Of a DNA stretch of 20,640 nucleotides, positions 7,772 to 15,733 are shown piece by piece. The notes beneath the pieces were generated by a model. It had not been told where the DNA came from. It did no database searches and worked only from the letters and a program-made list of their open reading frames with translations. The position numbers were made by a program, and so were the translations under genes. Every line of letters begins with the position of its first letter. Position 1 is the stretch's first letter. Source of the stretch: Oligoflexia bacterium (lineage in GTDB: Bacteria > Bdellovibrionota > UBA1018); contig JAYTHP010000003.1 in assembly GCA_043732485.1 (NCBI GenBank), positions 1 to 20,640 on the forward strand, in the 5' to 3' direction.

Positions 7772-10120
7772 ATGATACGCCAGCGATCGCCGTTAGGAAG
7801 CCGTTTACGTTTGCTCTACGCCGTAGCTGGGATATTGCTTGTCGGGGTTAACCCGAGCGCTGAGGGCAGTCCGTGTCCAGGAAAATCTTGCTTTGAATTG
7901 CAGGCAGATGGAAACAAAACCAAATCAGGATCTTGGAGAAATCAGTCAGCGGGGGATATTAGGACCTACTACAAGAATCTCAAACATCCAGAATATTATC
8001 TCCTGGTCAACAGTCAAAAAGTTCAGCTCGAGGGTTACGAATTTGAGCAACCCGTTTGGACGTTGCTAGCTTTTCCAGCAATGAACTTATTTGATGAAGG
8101 ATCGAATTCAATTGCCATTCACTTTGTGGGTGAAAACTTAATTGGCCTCTTGTTGACTTTAAAATACTGGAATGCACAGGGTGGATCACCCCTGCCTATT
8201 TGTTCCGCCCGATTGAACCATGACACGGTGAACACGGTTAACTGCCAGGTAACGATCTCTTTAAAGCAGCTCGATCCAAGCATTGCAGCCCGCATTGAGG
8301 ACCTAAAGCGGGAGATTGCAGAATATAAGGTCCAAGCAAACGACCGTAGTAACCCTGAAGAACAGGCAGCCCACGCACTGGAGAAGGAATTCGAACAGGA
8401 GTGTGCAGAGATCCAACTCAAACTAGACCTTTTGAATCAGGAATTACAAAAAATCAATTTTGACGACTTTGATTCTATGACCTCCGAGCAAATGGCGAAC
8501 CTGTTTGCGGCAGATCAAAACCTAGCTGAGCTTTATCAGCAACTCAACCATGCCGTTGTACAGACGAGGGAGCGCTTGCAGTCGGCTGTGCAATCGAATC
8601 AGCAGGAGGTGACCCAGCGCGGGGATGAGATTAAAGCAAGTTTCGGGAATTTAGAGATCCCAGCCTCCTCTTTTACTTTTGCAGGGGAGGTAGAGCCGCT
8701 TTTTACTGCAGGCGATCCAGGGAATGTGACCAACGCTAGCGACGGGCTCTCTGCTGCTTCTGCTGCGACGACGACTCTAGATTACTTTGACAATGAAACT
8801 GAGCACACCGTTCAGCGACTCGATGCTGCTTTAAAAGAGGGAGAGCGGGGTCGGTTTTTGACGATTTTTTCCCATTGGAAACTCTTGCAGGATCTCACGC
8901 TTCAGAATTTAGAAAAAAGCCGGGTGAGTGGAGCATCCCTGGCGCGCATCAAAAAAGCACAAAAAAGAGTGATCGAGCATGTAGATAGCCTGGTGGATAC
9001 TTACGGCTTCTTTCGCGCAGTGAAGATGGGAGAGCAAACCAAGCGCATCGCCGGCCAAAAGCTTAAGTCTTGGAACGAACGACTCAGTCGGGAGCTTCTC
9101 GAGGAACTGAACGGCTGGCAGGATCAGCTCTCGCCCGCACAAGAAAAAATTGTGCAGGCCATTGACAGCCTGGGTCCCTTGCTCTCAAAAATGCAAGAAC
9201 CCAACTTTCTCAGCCCTGAGGAGGGAAAAACCCTTCCCCAGCAAGCAGCCAAGGAGCTGAGCCAAGATATCCTCAAGCACGGAGTGGAATCGCTCATTCA
9301 GGCCGCCCATGAGGCAACCGAACCAGCGGCGCCCCAGACTCCGGCTGAGCCCCCGGTTGACGCTGAGATTGCTAACAACAGCACCGATACTGCTGAAGCC
9401 AGCACACAAAGCAGCGACTACACCAGCCCCTTCGGAGAGCTGCTCGCACAGGTTCAATCAGCGGTGCACACCGCTCAAGTCTTGGCGGATCTTGCCCTAG
9501 GTATCTTGCCTTTCACCGCTGGGGCTAAGGATCTGTACCAAGCCTACACGGGCGTCAATCCGATCACAGGCGAAGCCCTGAGCTTTAACGAGCGCTTGTT
9601 TTCCACGGTGACCGGAATCCTCCCCTTAGAAGCCGGAGGATTAGCAAAGATCCTATGCAAAGGACCGCTCAAGATCCTCGAGAAATTTGGCAAGGCGGAC
9701 AAGCAAGCTTCGGCCGTAGGGCAGAGCTATCGCACTGAGGAGATCGTTCAGGGGGTTGAGAAGTTTGCTGATTCTGCGGTGGGTGCAGCTAAAAATCAAG
9801 CAGCATTTGCGAGATATGTTAGAGACTTAAGGGAAGCAATGCAGCGTCCTCATGTCCAAGACCCCCATTTAGCGGACATGATGAGACAGCAATATCGACC
9901 CGGTGCAGTCATTGGAAGTTGTAGCACGGCCGCAGCTATAAGGTACGAGAGAAAGACAGGTGAACTTCTAGGCGGACGAAGTCACATTCAAAAAGGTGAG
10001 AATGATGCAGTTTTCTTAAGACACTGGATACAACAAAAACCGACTGCGACTCCAGGGGATAGAGCTGCTGCCGAAAATGTATTAAAAGACCTCCAAGATG
10101 CCCTTCAAGGACCAGCATGA
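7772..10120 (+). CDS. Polymorphic toxin: signal peptide, N-terminal domain, coiled coil, pre-toxin TG motif, C-terminal putative tRNase-type domain (about 782 aa)
   Basis: ATG 7772 lies 2 nt after the upstream stop, with GGAGGGG upstream. Signal peptide MIRQRSPLGSRLRLLYAVAGILLVGVNPSAEG. PT-TG-like 'DLALGILPFTAGAKDLYQAYTGVNPITGEALSFNER' at about 9488-9600. C-terminus 'YRPGAVIGSCSTAAAIRYERKTGELLGGRSHIQKG...PGDRAAAENVLKDLQDAL'. An overlapping small gene follows. Confidence 0.85.
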   Translation: MIRQRSPLGSRLRLLYAVAGILLVGVNPSAEGSPCPGKSCFELQADGNKTKSGSWRNQSAGDIRTYYKNLKHPEYYLLVNSQKVQLEGYEFEQPVWTLLAFPAMNLFDEGSNSIAIHFVGENLIGLLLTLKYWNAQGGSPLPICSARLNHDTVNTVNCQVTISLKQLDPSIAARIEDLKREIAEYKVQANDRSNPEEQAAHALEKEFEQECAEIQLKLDLLNQELQKINFDDFDSMTSEQMANLFAADQNLAELYQQLNHAVVQTRERLQSAVQSNQQEVTQRGDEIKASFGNLEIPASSFTFAGEVEPLFTAGDPGNVTNASDGLSAASAATTTLDYFDNETEHTVQRLDAALKEGERGRFLTIFSHWKLLQDLTLQNLEKSRVSGASLARIKKAQKRVIEHVDSLVDTYGFFRAVKMGEQTKRIAGQKLKSWNERLSRELLEELNGWQDQLSPAQEKIVQAIDSLGPLLSKMQEPNFLSPEEGKTLPQQAAKELSQDILKHGVESLIQAAHEATEPAAPQTPAEPPVDAEIANNSTDTAEASTQSSDYTSPFGELLAQVQSAVHTAQVLADLALGILPFTAGAKDLYQAYTGVNPITGEALSFNERLFSTVTGILPLEAGGLAKILCKGPLKILEKFGKADKQASAVGQSYRTEEIVQGVEKFADSAVGAAKNQAAFARYVRDLREAMQRPHVQDPHLADMMRQQYRPGAVIGSCSTAAAIRYERKTGELLGGRSHIQKGENDAVFLRHWIQQKPTATPGDRAAAENVLKDLQDALQGPA

Positions 10121-10761
10121 GAGTAGACGTAAATAATTTTATTATTTTTTTACTGGGACTTGATCCTGACTTTGAAAGAGATTGCGAAAGATACCTCAAC
10201 TTTACCGAAGGACAGGAGACAGTTCACGGTATTGCTAGCACATTTTCCGATTTTATTGGAAAGAAACTAAGAGATAATAGATACAGTAAGGCGCAGGCTG
10301 TATTTAACGGAATAGAAACTTTGCTAGCTGAAAGCAAGGGAGACGAAAACATAAAGAATGCCCTCTGTACCTGTTTTTTAGAAAACCTCCTTAATAGATT
10401 TACAGAAGAACCTGCAGTCCTTGATAAATTTATTCCTCTGCTTGGACCTAAAAGTATAAAACACTCTAAGGCATGGGATGAATTTACAGGGGTGCAAACC
10501 CATGGGCTATGGGGAAATGAGCCATTTAAAATAAAAAATCAAGTAAATTTAGGCGACGATGAGGCCCTTAGAATCATCGTTGCCATTCGGCAACAGGACA
10601 ATTCCACTGCGACGGAGGAGGAAGACAGACTAAGAATTCTTCAACAGGCTTTCCCCGGCGTTTTAAATCTAATTTTTTACGATAAAAGAAAGTTGACTCC
10701 TGAACAGGTTTTGGCGGAAGCCAAAAAAATCATTAAAGATAACCATTACCGGGACCGATAG
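10117..10761 (+). CDS. Cognate immunity protein, probably two fused immunity domains
   Basis: ATGA overlap with the toxin stop, no signal peptide, AT-rich (two 60-nt lines counted at 35-38% GC). Domain 1 'IETLL...GDENIKNALCTCFLENL...LLGPKS...AWDEFTG...GLW'. Domain 2 resembles colicin/pyocin DNase immunity proteins ('TEEEDRLRIL...PGVLNLIFY...LTPEQVLAEAK'). Confidence 0.8.
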   Translation: MRVDVNNFIIFLLGLDPDFERDCERYLNFTEGQETVHGIASTFSDFIGKKLRDNRYSKAQAVFNGIETLLAESKGDENIKNALCTCFLENLLNRFTEEPAVLDKFIPLLGPKSIKHSKAWDEFTGVQTHGLWGNEPFKIKNQVNLGDDEALRIIVAIRQQDNSTATEEEDRLRILQQAFPGVLNLIFYDKRKLTPEQVLAEAKKIIKDNHYRDR

Positions 10762-11073
10762 TTCTTCTAACTGCCCTGCGGAACGTGCCAACAAATTTGG
10801 ACACTCAGGCAAAAAGTTTAATGTATTTTAGGGCCTCTGAGGTTTAAGTCATTCTCGGTTTATTTAGTTGCTTGTTATTTTTTTTGTTATCCGTCAAAAA
10901 GATGACAAAAATATCTCACCCCCTTAATCGGCTCTTAAATGCCCTGTATGCTGTTTTTGGTTCTGTCACCACCCACCCCCTGTTTCGCTATCGGAAGCCA
11001 TCCAGAGGGCCTCAGAATTCGCCTGAAGGCCATTTGCAGAGCACTTGTCGATTTTTTACTTTTCTCTTGAGTT

Positions 11074-12217
11074 TTATTTTTTTACAAAAATTGCTCCTTC
11101 GGTTTTTTCATGGGTGTCTTTAGCAAGGTTAGCTATCGCCTGAGTAAGGCCTGGCTTAACTTGCTCGGGCTTGTTAATCCAGACCTCGGTAGGAACTTCT
11201 CTTGGCTTCGGAAACCGCCCGAAGCGCTCTGGATTCCTCTGGTAGGCTTCAGCCAGGGATTTTTTTCTCATCTTGGCAAGCTCCTGGTGTAAGCCATGAT
11301 GAATCTGGGACGGCGTATAGTCAGCCAGGCTGGAGTGCCAGTGCTCGGTATTGTACCAGGTGATTAGCCTATTACAAACTCGGCGCGCGTCTCCCAGACT
11401 CGCGAATCGTTCAGGAAAGTGCGGCGAGTATTTCAAAGTCTTAAACTGGGCCTCGGAGAAGGGGTTGTCATCGCTGACGGAGAGCCGAGAGAAGCTCTTG
11501 TCGATGCTGAGGTCAGAGTAAAGCATGCTGAGCGTCTTGGATTTCGCCGCCGCGCCGCGATCGCTGTGTATCGTGAGCTGTCCTGGGAGAATTTTTTGCT
11601 GCTGGTACGCCGATTCGACTAGCTCCCGCGCGAGCACAGCAGACTCACTGTTTGCAACCATGTAACCAACCACGTATCGACTAAAAATATCAATAATAGC
11701 ATAAAGACAGAAGTAAAACCACTCCTCATGCGTCAGCAGCTTGGTGATGTCCCAACTCCAAACCTGATTCTCCTGCGTGGCCAAGAGCTCTGGCTTCTGG
11801 TAAGACGCCCTGCGCGCGATGTTTCTCCACTCCCTCAGCTCGTCCCGCTCCTCGAGAATTCGGTAGATGGTTCTTACCGAGCAGAGGTAAATCCCGTCGT
11901 CCAGTAACGCCGCGACAATGGCCGCCGGCGACCAGTCAAAAAACCGCGGCGAGTGCAAAATGTCAACCACCTTTTCCCTCTCATCGCTTGTGAGGGCGCG
12001 ATGAGAGGGACCACGCTTCGCCTTAGCTCCTACGGCTTGCGCTTTTGTCGATGCATAGTAGCTCGATCGGCTTACCTCAAGGCTTTCGCACGCCAACTGA
12101 GCCGGAACCCCTTGTGCTGTCAGCGTCTTGACCGCCTCCACAAGCCTAGCCAACGACCCAGGCTCTTTCTCTAGTCCTGCTTGTGTTTGATCTGCAGAAT
12201 TTCTGAAATTTTTTTTT
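11074..12217 (-). CDS. IS3-like transposase OrfB (rve/DDE core), probably expressed as an OrfAB fusion by -1 frameshift
   Basis: 'PELLATQENQVWSWDITKL', 'IDIFSRYVVG', 'HSDRG', 'DDNPFSEAQFKTLKY'. The frame stays open upstream of TTG 12153 back to the A9 run (KNFRNSADQTQAGLEKEPGSL), which is -1 relative to OrfA. Confidence 0.9.
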
Positions 12218-12587
12218 GAACCTCGATGATTTTTTGCGCCTGGCTATACTTCAGCTCTAACGCGCTATACTTTCGCTTGAAGATTCGCAGCTCCTCCTCG
12301 AGCTCACTCTCCTTTGGGCGAGGCCCACGTTGTATCTTGCTGTTTCTTATCAGTTTTCCCTGCTCACGCTCTTTTCTCCAGAGACTCAGGTGGGAGGCGT
12401 AAAGCCCCTCCTTCCGCAGCAACTCTCCTAGCGATCCGTTAGCCTTTTGACAACGGTCCGCCGCGGACAAGATCTCGAGCTTGTAATTAACCGTGAGGTT
12501 TCTCCGCTTCCTCTTGGCTTGACCCGGTATCACCTCCGGATTTGGTACCCTATTAGTCGTGGCTTCATCTTGCTTTATCTCGTCCAT
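12171..12587 (-). CDS. IS3-like transposase OrfA (HTH plus coiled coil)
   Basis: SD GGGGGAG. 'RRNLTVNYKLEILSAADRC...LGELLRKEGLYASHLSLWRK...IIEVQKKISEIL'. A9 slippery run near the 3' end. Confidence 0.9.
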   Translation of the reverse strand: MDEIKQDEATTNRVPNPEVIPGQAKRKRRNLTVNYKLEILSAADRCQKANGSLGELLRKEGLYASHLSLWRKEREQGKLIRNSKIQRGPRPKESELEEELRIFKRKYSALELKYSQAQKIIEVQKKISEILQIKHKQD

Positions 12588-12771
12588 AGGCTCCCCCCTA
12601 GGGATGATTAAAGCTCAAATTTGTCCTTAAAGCTTCATTAAACTTTCGTGCCGAGTGTCCAGTGGGTTATTGGCACACAGGGCTGCTCTGTTTTCCGGTT
12701 GGCAACCACCGACAAACAAGTCGTCCCGTGTCCCACCCCCCCCCAAAGCGCGCAAGTCTTGAGCTTCTCTT

Positions 12772-12800
12772 TTGACCGGCCAAATGGCCTATGCTAGCCT
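12772..12800 (+). promoter_or_regulatory. Putative sigma70 promoter of ampG
   Basis: TTGACC (12772-12777), a 17-bp spacer ending in TGC (extended -10), then TAGCCT (12795-12800). Confidence 0.55.
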
Positions 12801-12806
12801 GATAAG

Positions 12807-14069
12807 GTGATGACATCCTTCTGGGGGAATCTTTTTAACCGTAAAATGCTGATCGTGCTAGGCCTGGGCTTTTCTTCCGGAATCCCCATTTCCTTAGCGG
12901 GCGGGACGCTGCAGGCCTGGATGGCTAGCCTGAAGGTCGATCTCTCACTGATTGGCGCTTTTTCGCTCGTGGGGTTGCCCTATACCCTTAAGGTTCTTTG
13001 GGCGCCCCTGATGGATCGCTATCTGCCGCCGTTTTGGGCCAGGCGCAGAGGCTGGATGGTGAGCAGCCAGGTGGCGCTCATTTTTTGCTTGCTGGGCATG
13101 TCTTTTGCCGATCCCTTGCAATCGCCAGCCAATTTGGCGCTGCTTGCAGTGCTGGTAGCTTTTTTCAGCGCCAGTCAAGACATCGTGGTAGACGCCTACC
13201 GGGCGGAACTGCTGGAAAAAAAGGAGTTTGGCGTGGGAGCTGCCACCGCAAACTTAGGCTATCGGCTTGCCATGATCTTCTCCGGTGCCTTTGCGCTGAT
13301 TCTCTCTGATCACCTCGCGTGGCCGACGGTTTACCGCATCATGGCGCTCACCATGGGGATTGGGGTGTTGACCACTTTTTTTGCCCCCAAGGAGAATCCG
13401 CGCGCAAACGCGACTCGCCCGCACTCGCTGCAAGAAGCGGTGGTTGATCCTTTTTTGGACTTTTTTCACAAGAAAAAAGTGGCCTCCTTGATTGCTTTTA
13501 TCCTGCTTTATAAGCTTGACGTGGTGGTGGCGGTGGCCTTGATGACCCCTTTTATGATGGAGTTAGGGTTTACCCGCACCGATATTGGTGCCATCACCAA
13601 GGGCTTTGGTATTCTGGCGACACTCATAGGCACCTTTGTGGGCGGGCTGGCTTTAACGCGCATCCCGATGAAGCGAGCCTTAGGGATTTTTGGAGTGTTT
13701 CAAGGCGTCTCAGGCATTTGCTTTTATCTGCTTGCCAAATTAGGTCTCAACTACCCGATGATGATCGTGACGATTGCCGCCGAAAACTTCTTTAGCGGCA
13801 TGGGCAATGCCGCCTATGGTGCTTTTTTGATGACCCTGTGCAATCCCAAGTTCACGGCAACCCAGTTTGCGCTCCTTACCAGCCTGATGGCGCTCACCCG
13901 CACCCTGGCAGGAGCCCCGACCGGCTGGCTGGCCCAGACGGTCGGCTGGGAAACGTATTTTCTCATCTCCATTGCTTTGATGATCCCAGGCCTCGTCCTC
14001 CTCAGACACTTTGATGCTTGGATGAGCCCGCGATCTTCCGACCTGAGCCTCAGCGGTCGTTTGACATGA
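12807..14069 (+). CDS. ampG: AmpG-family muropeptide MFS permease
   Basis: 'LGFSSGIP', 'LPYTLKVLWAPLMDRY', 'RRRGWM', 'FFSASQDIVVDAYRAE', 'GYRLAM', 'FTATQFALLTSL'. Multiple TM segments. Start is GTG 12807 or ATG 12810. Confidence 0.95.
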   Translation: MMTSFWGNLFNRKMLIVLGLGFSSGIPISLAGGTLQAWMASLKVDLSLIGAFSLVGLPYTLKVLWAPLMDRYLPPFWARRRGWMVSSQVALIFCLLGMSFADPLQSPANLALLAVLVAFFSASQDIVVDAYRAELLEKKEFGVGAATANLGYRLAMIFSGAFALILSDHLAWPTVYRIMALTMGIGVLTTFFAPKENPRANATRPHSLQEAVVDPFLDFFHKKKVASLIAFILLYKLDVVVAVALMTPFMMELGFTRTDIGAITKGFGILATLIGTFVGGLALTRIPMKRALGIFGVFQGVSGICFYLLAKLGLNYPMMIVTIAAENFFSGMGNAAYGAFLMTLCNPKFTATQFALLTSLMALTRTLAGAPTGWLAQTVGWETYFLISIALMIPGLVLLRHFDAWMSPRSSDLSLSGRLT

Positions 14070-15025
14070 GCCGTGCCATGAGCAGTTCCCCCAGTAATTC
14101 TATGATGCTCCTCCCCCCCGGTTGGTATGCTTTTGCCTCGCCTGAAGAACTTTCCCGCAACAAACCCAATGCCTTGCGCAGATTTGGCCTCGCTTGGGTC
14201 GTTTGGCGCTCGTCGACAGGTACCTGGGTGGCACAAAGCGATCGCTGTCCCCATCGCGGCGCAAAGCTCAGTCAGGGGGTGATCAAGCACAATACCTTGC
14301 AATGTCCGTTTCATGGGTTTTGCTTTCAACCCTCAGGCGCATGTGCTTGGGTGCCGGAGCTGCAAAAAGAGGCTCCACTGCTGCAACTTGCCACCCAAGT
14401 TTTGCGCGAGGAGTTTGATTTTCTCTGGATCAACTGGGGAAATACCCCGGAGCGCGCTCTGCCCTGGTTTCGTGAGCTTGAAAACGCTGGATTTTCTTAT
14501 AGCCAGATTTGCCAACGCTGGAGCAAGCATTTTTCGCGCTGCGTTGAAAACCAGCTCGATTACGCGCATCTTCCCTTTGTCCACGCCACGACCATTGGGC
14601 GGGGCTTTGACGTTCACCGCAAGGTGCACTGGCAACTCAACGAAAAAGCGCTCACCGTGTCCCTGGGAGATTCTACTAGTCAGTTTCAATACCGCTTCCC
14701 GAATGTTTGGAAGCTAGTGATTAGCCCGAAAATGGCCCAAACTTTGATGTTTGTTCCCGTCGATCACCAAGAAACCTGGATTTATAGCCGCGCCTACCAA
14801 CGCTTTACCTCAGTGCCTCTCCTCAAGCAGCTCATCGCCTGGATTGCAGCACACATCGCAAACCCCTTCATCTTAGCGCAAGATCACCAGGTGGTGATGG
14901 GCCAGCAGCCGGAAGAAAGCCTCCAAGCCGCCGCTAATGATCATTTATTCCCCAGCGACCAGGCCATACTGGCTTTTCGAGCCTGGTTAAAAACCGCCCA
15001 GCCCACCCCAGCCAAACCCTCTTAA
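14066..15025 (+). CDS. Rieske non-heme iron oxygenase alpha subunit (VanA/PaO-like), substrate unknown
   Basis: Rieske ligands 'DRCPHRGAKLS...LQCPFHG', mononuclear iron motif 'ENQLDYAHLPFVH', C-terminal 'AQDHQVV'. ATG 14066 overlaps the ampG TGA (ATGA). Confidence 0.9.
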   Translation: MSRAMSSSPSNSMMLLPPGWYAFASPEELSRNKPNALRRFGLAWVVWRSSTGTWVAQSDRCPHRGAKLSQGVIKHNTLQCPFHGFCFQPSGACAWVPELQKEAPLLQLATQVLREEFDFLWINWGNTPERALPWFRELENAGFSYSQICQRWSKHFSRCVENQLDYAHLPFVHATTIGRGFDVHRKVHWQLNEKALTVSLGDSTSQFQYRFPNVWKLVISPKMAQTLMFVPVDHQETWIYSRAYQRFTSVPLLKQLIAWIAAHIANPFILAQDHQVVMGQQPEESLQAAANDHLFPSDQAILAFRAWLKTAQPTPAKPS

Positions 15026-15088
15026 GCTCAAACACCCCTTTGCAGGGAAAACGAACTGCGAGAGTGTGTCTCCCCTCAAGCCCCGCGC

Positions 15089-15499
15089 CTATTTTTTTTT
15101 GCTAGGCTCAGGCTTTTCAGGGCGCGGCGCCTGATGTTTTTTGAGATCCTCAAGCGGAATGATCTCAAGCGCCTTAGCGTGGGTCGCCTCCAAGACCACC
15201 GGAGGGGCCACCTGATGGATGAGAGCCTCTTTCCAGCGCAAAGCACATAAACACCAACGATCTCCAGGCGTTAACCCCGGAAAGCGCAGGTGAGGCCGCG
15301 GCGTGATCAGGTCATTGCCTTGCGTGCGCGAAAACTCCAGAAATTCTTGTGTCACCACCGCACAAACGACATGCAAGCCATGGTCATCCTCGCCCGTGGC
15401 ACAAAACCCGTCGCGGTAAAACCCGCATTGCGGATTTACCCCGCAGACCTCAAGCTTTTCTTGTAAAACATTCAAGGACGGATGCTTTGGGATGGTCAT
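15089..15499 (-). CDS. DUF2237 family protein
   Basis: 'NVL..KLEVC...GFYRDGFCATGEDDHGLHVVCAVVTQEFLEFS...GNDLITPRP...FPGLTPGDRWCLCALRWKEA...APPVVLEATH'. SD AGGAG precedes ATG 15499. An alternative in-frame ATG lies at 15619. Confidence 0.9.
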   Translation of the reverse strand: MTIPKHPSLNVLQEKLEVCGVNPQCGFYRDGFCATGEDDHGLHVVCAVVTQEFLEFSRTQGNDLITPRPHLRFPGLTPGDRWCLCALRWKEALIHQVAPPVVLEATHAKALEIIPLEDLKKHQAPRPEKPEPSKKK

Positions 15500-15675
15500 G
15501 GCTACTCCTGGGCTGTTTCCTGGCTGTTCTCCGAGACCTGCGCCCGCGCCGACTCCCTCTTCCGGCAAGACGATGATGAGCGCGCCTACCAGGAGGAGCG
15601 CTAAGTTGCGGTAGGTCATGAACAAGTCATTTCCGGACGTCTCCTCGTTAGATGCATGCGTTGCATGCACCATCA

Positions 15676-15733
15676 AATTCCTCCCGTCTCTTGCAAGACG
15701 GGGCGACAGGGAGGCAATTTTTTCTTTTCTTTT
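15676..15733 (+). other. GC-rich hairpin followed by a T-rich tract in the divergent DUF2237/photolyase intergenic region
   Basis: CCTCCC (15680-85) pairs with GGGAGG (15709-14). An alternative stem is CCCGTCT (15683-89) with AGACGGG (15696-702). T-rich run at 15718-15733. Confidence 0.4.

Larger units (their letters stand above)
10779..12682 (-). mobile_element. IS3-like insertion sequence, 1904 bp, apparently complete
   Basis: Imperfect terminal IRs of about 45 bp: CGGAACGTGCCAACAAATTTGGACACTCAGGCAAAAAGTTTAATG versus the reverse complement of the right end, CCCTGTGTGCCAATAACCCACTGGACACTCGGCACGAAAGTTTAATG. Flanking direct repeats CTGCCCTG (10771-10778) and CTGCTCTG (12683-12690). Confidence 0.85.

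Noticed and set aside
10872..11123. 83-aa ORF as an IS passenger gene
   Set aside because: TTG start, no SD, antisense overlap with orfB, low-complexity sequence and no motif.
2886..12682. Composite transposon carrying the toxin operon
   Set aside because: The two IS elements are from different families, and each has its own flanking duplication.
12736..12744. C9 tract as a phase-variation switch
   Set aside because: It lies upstream of the -35, outside both the spacer and the CDS, and one sequence gives no evidence of length variation.
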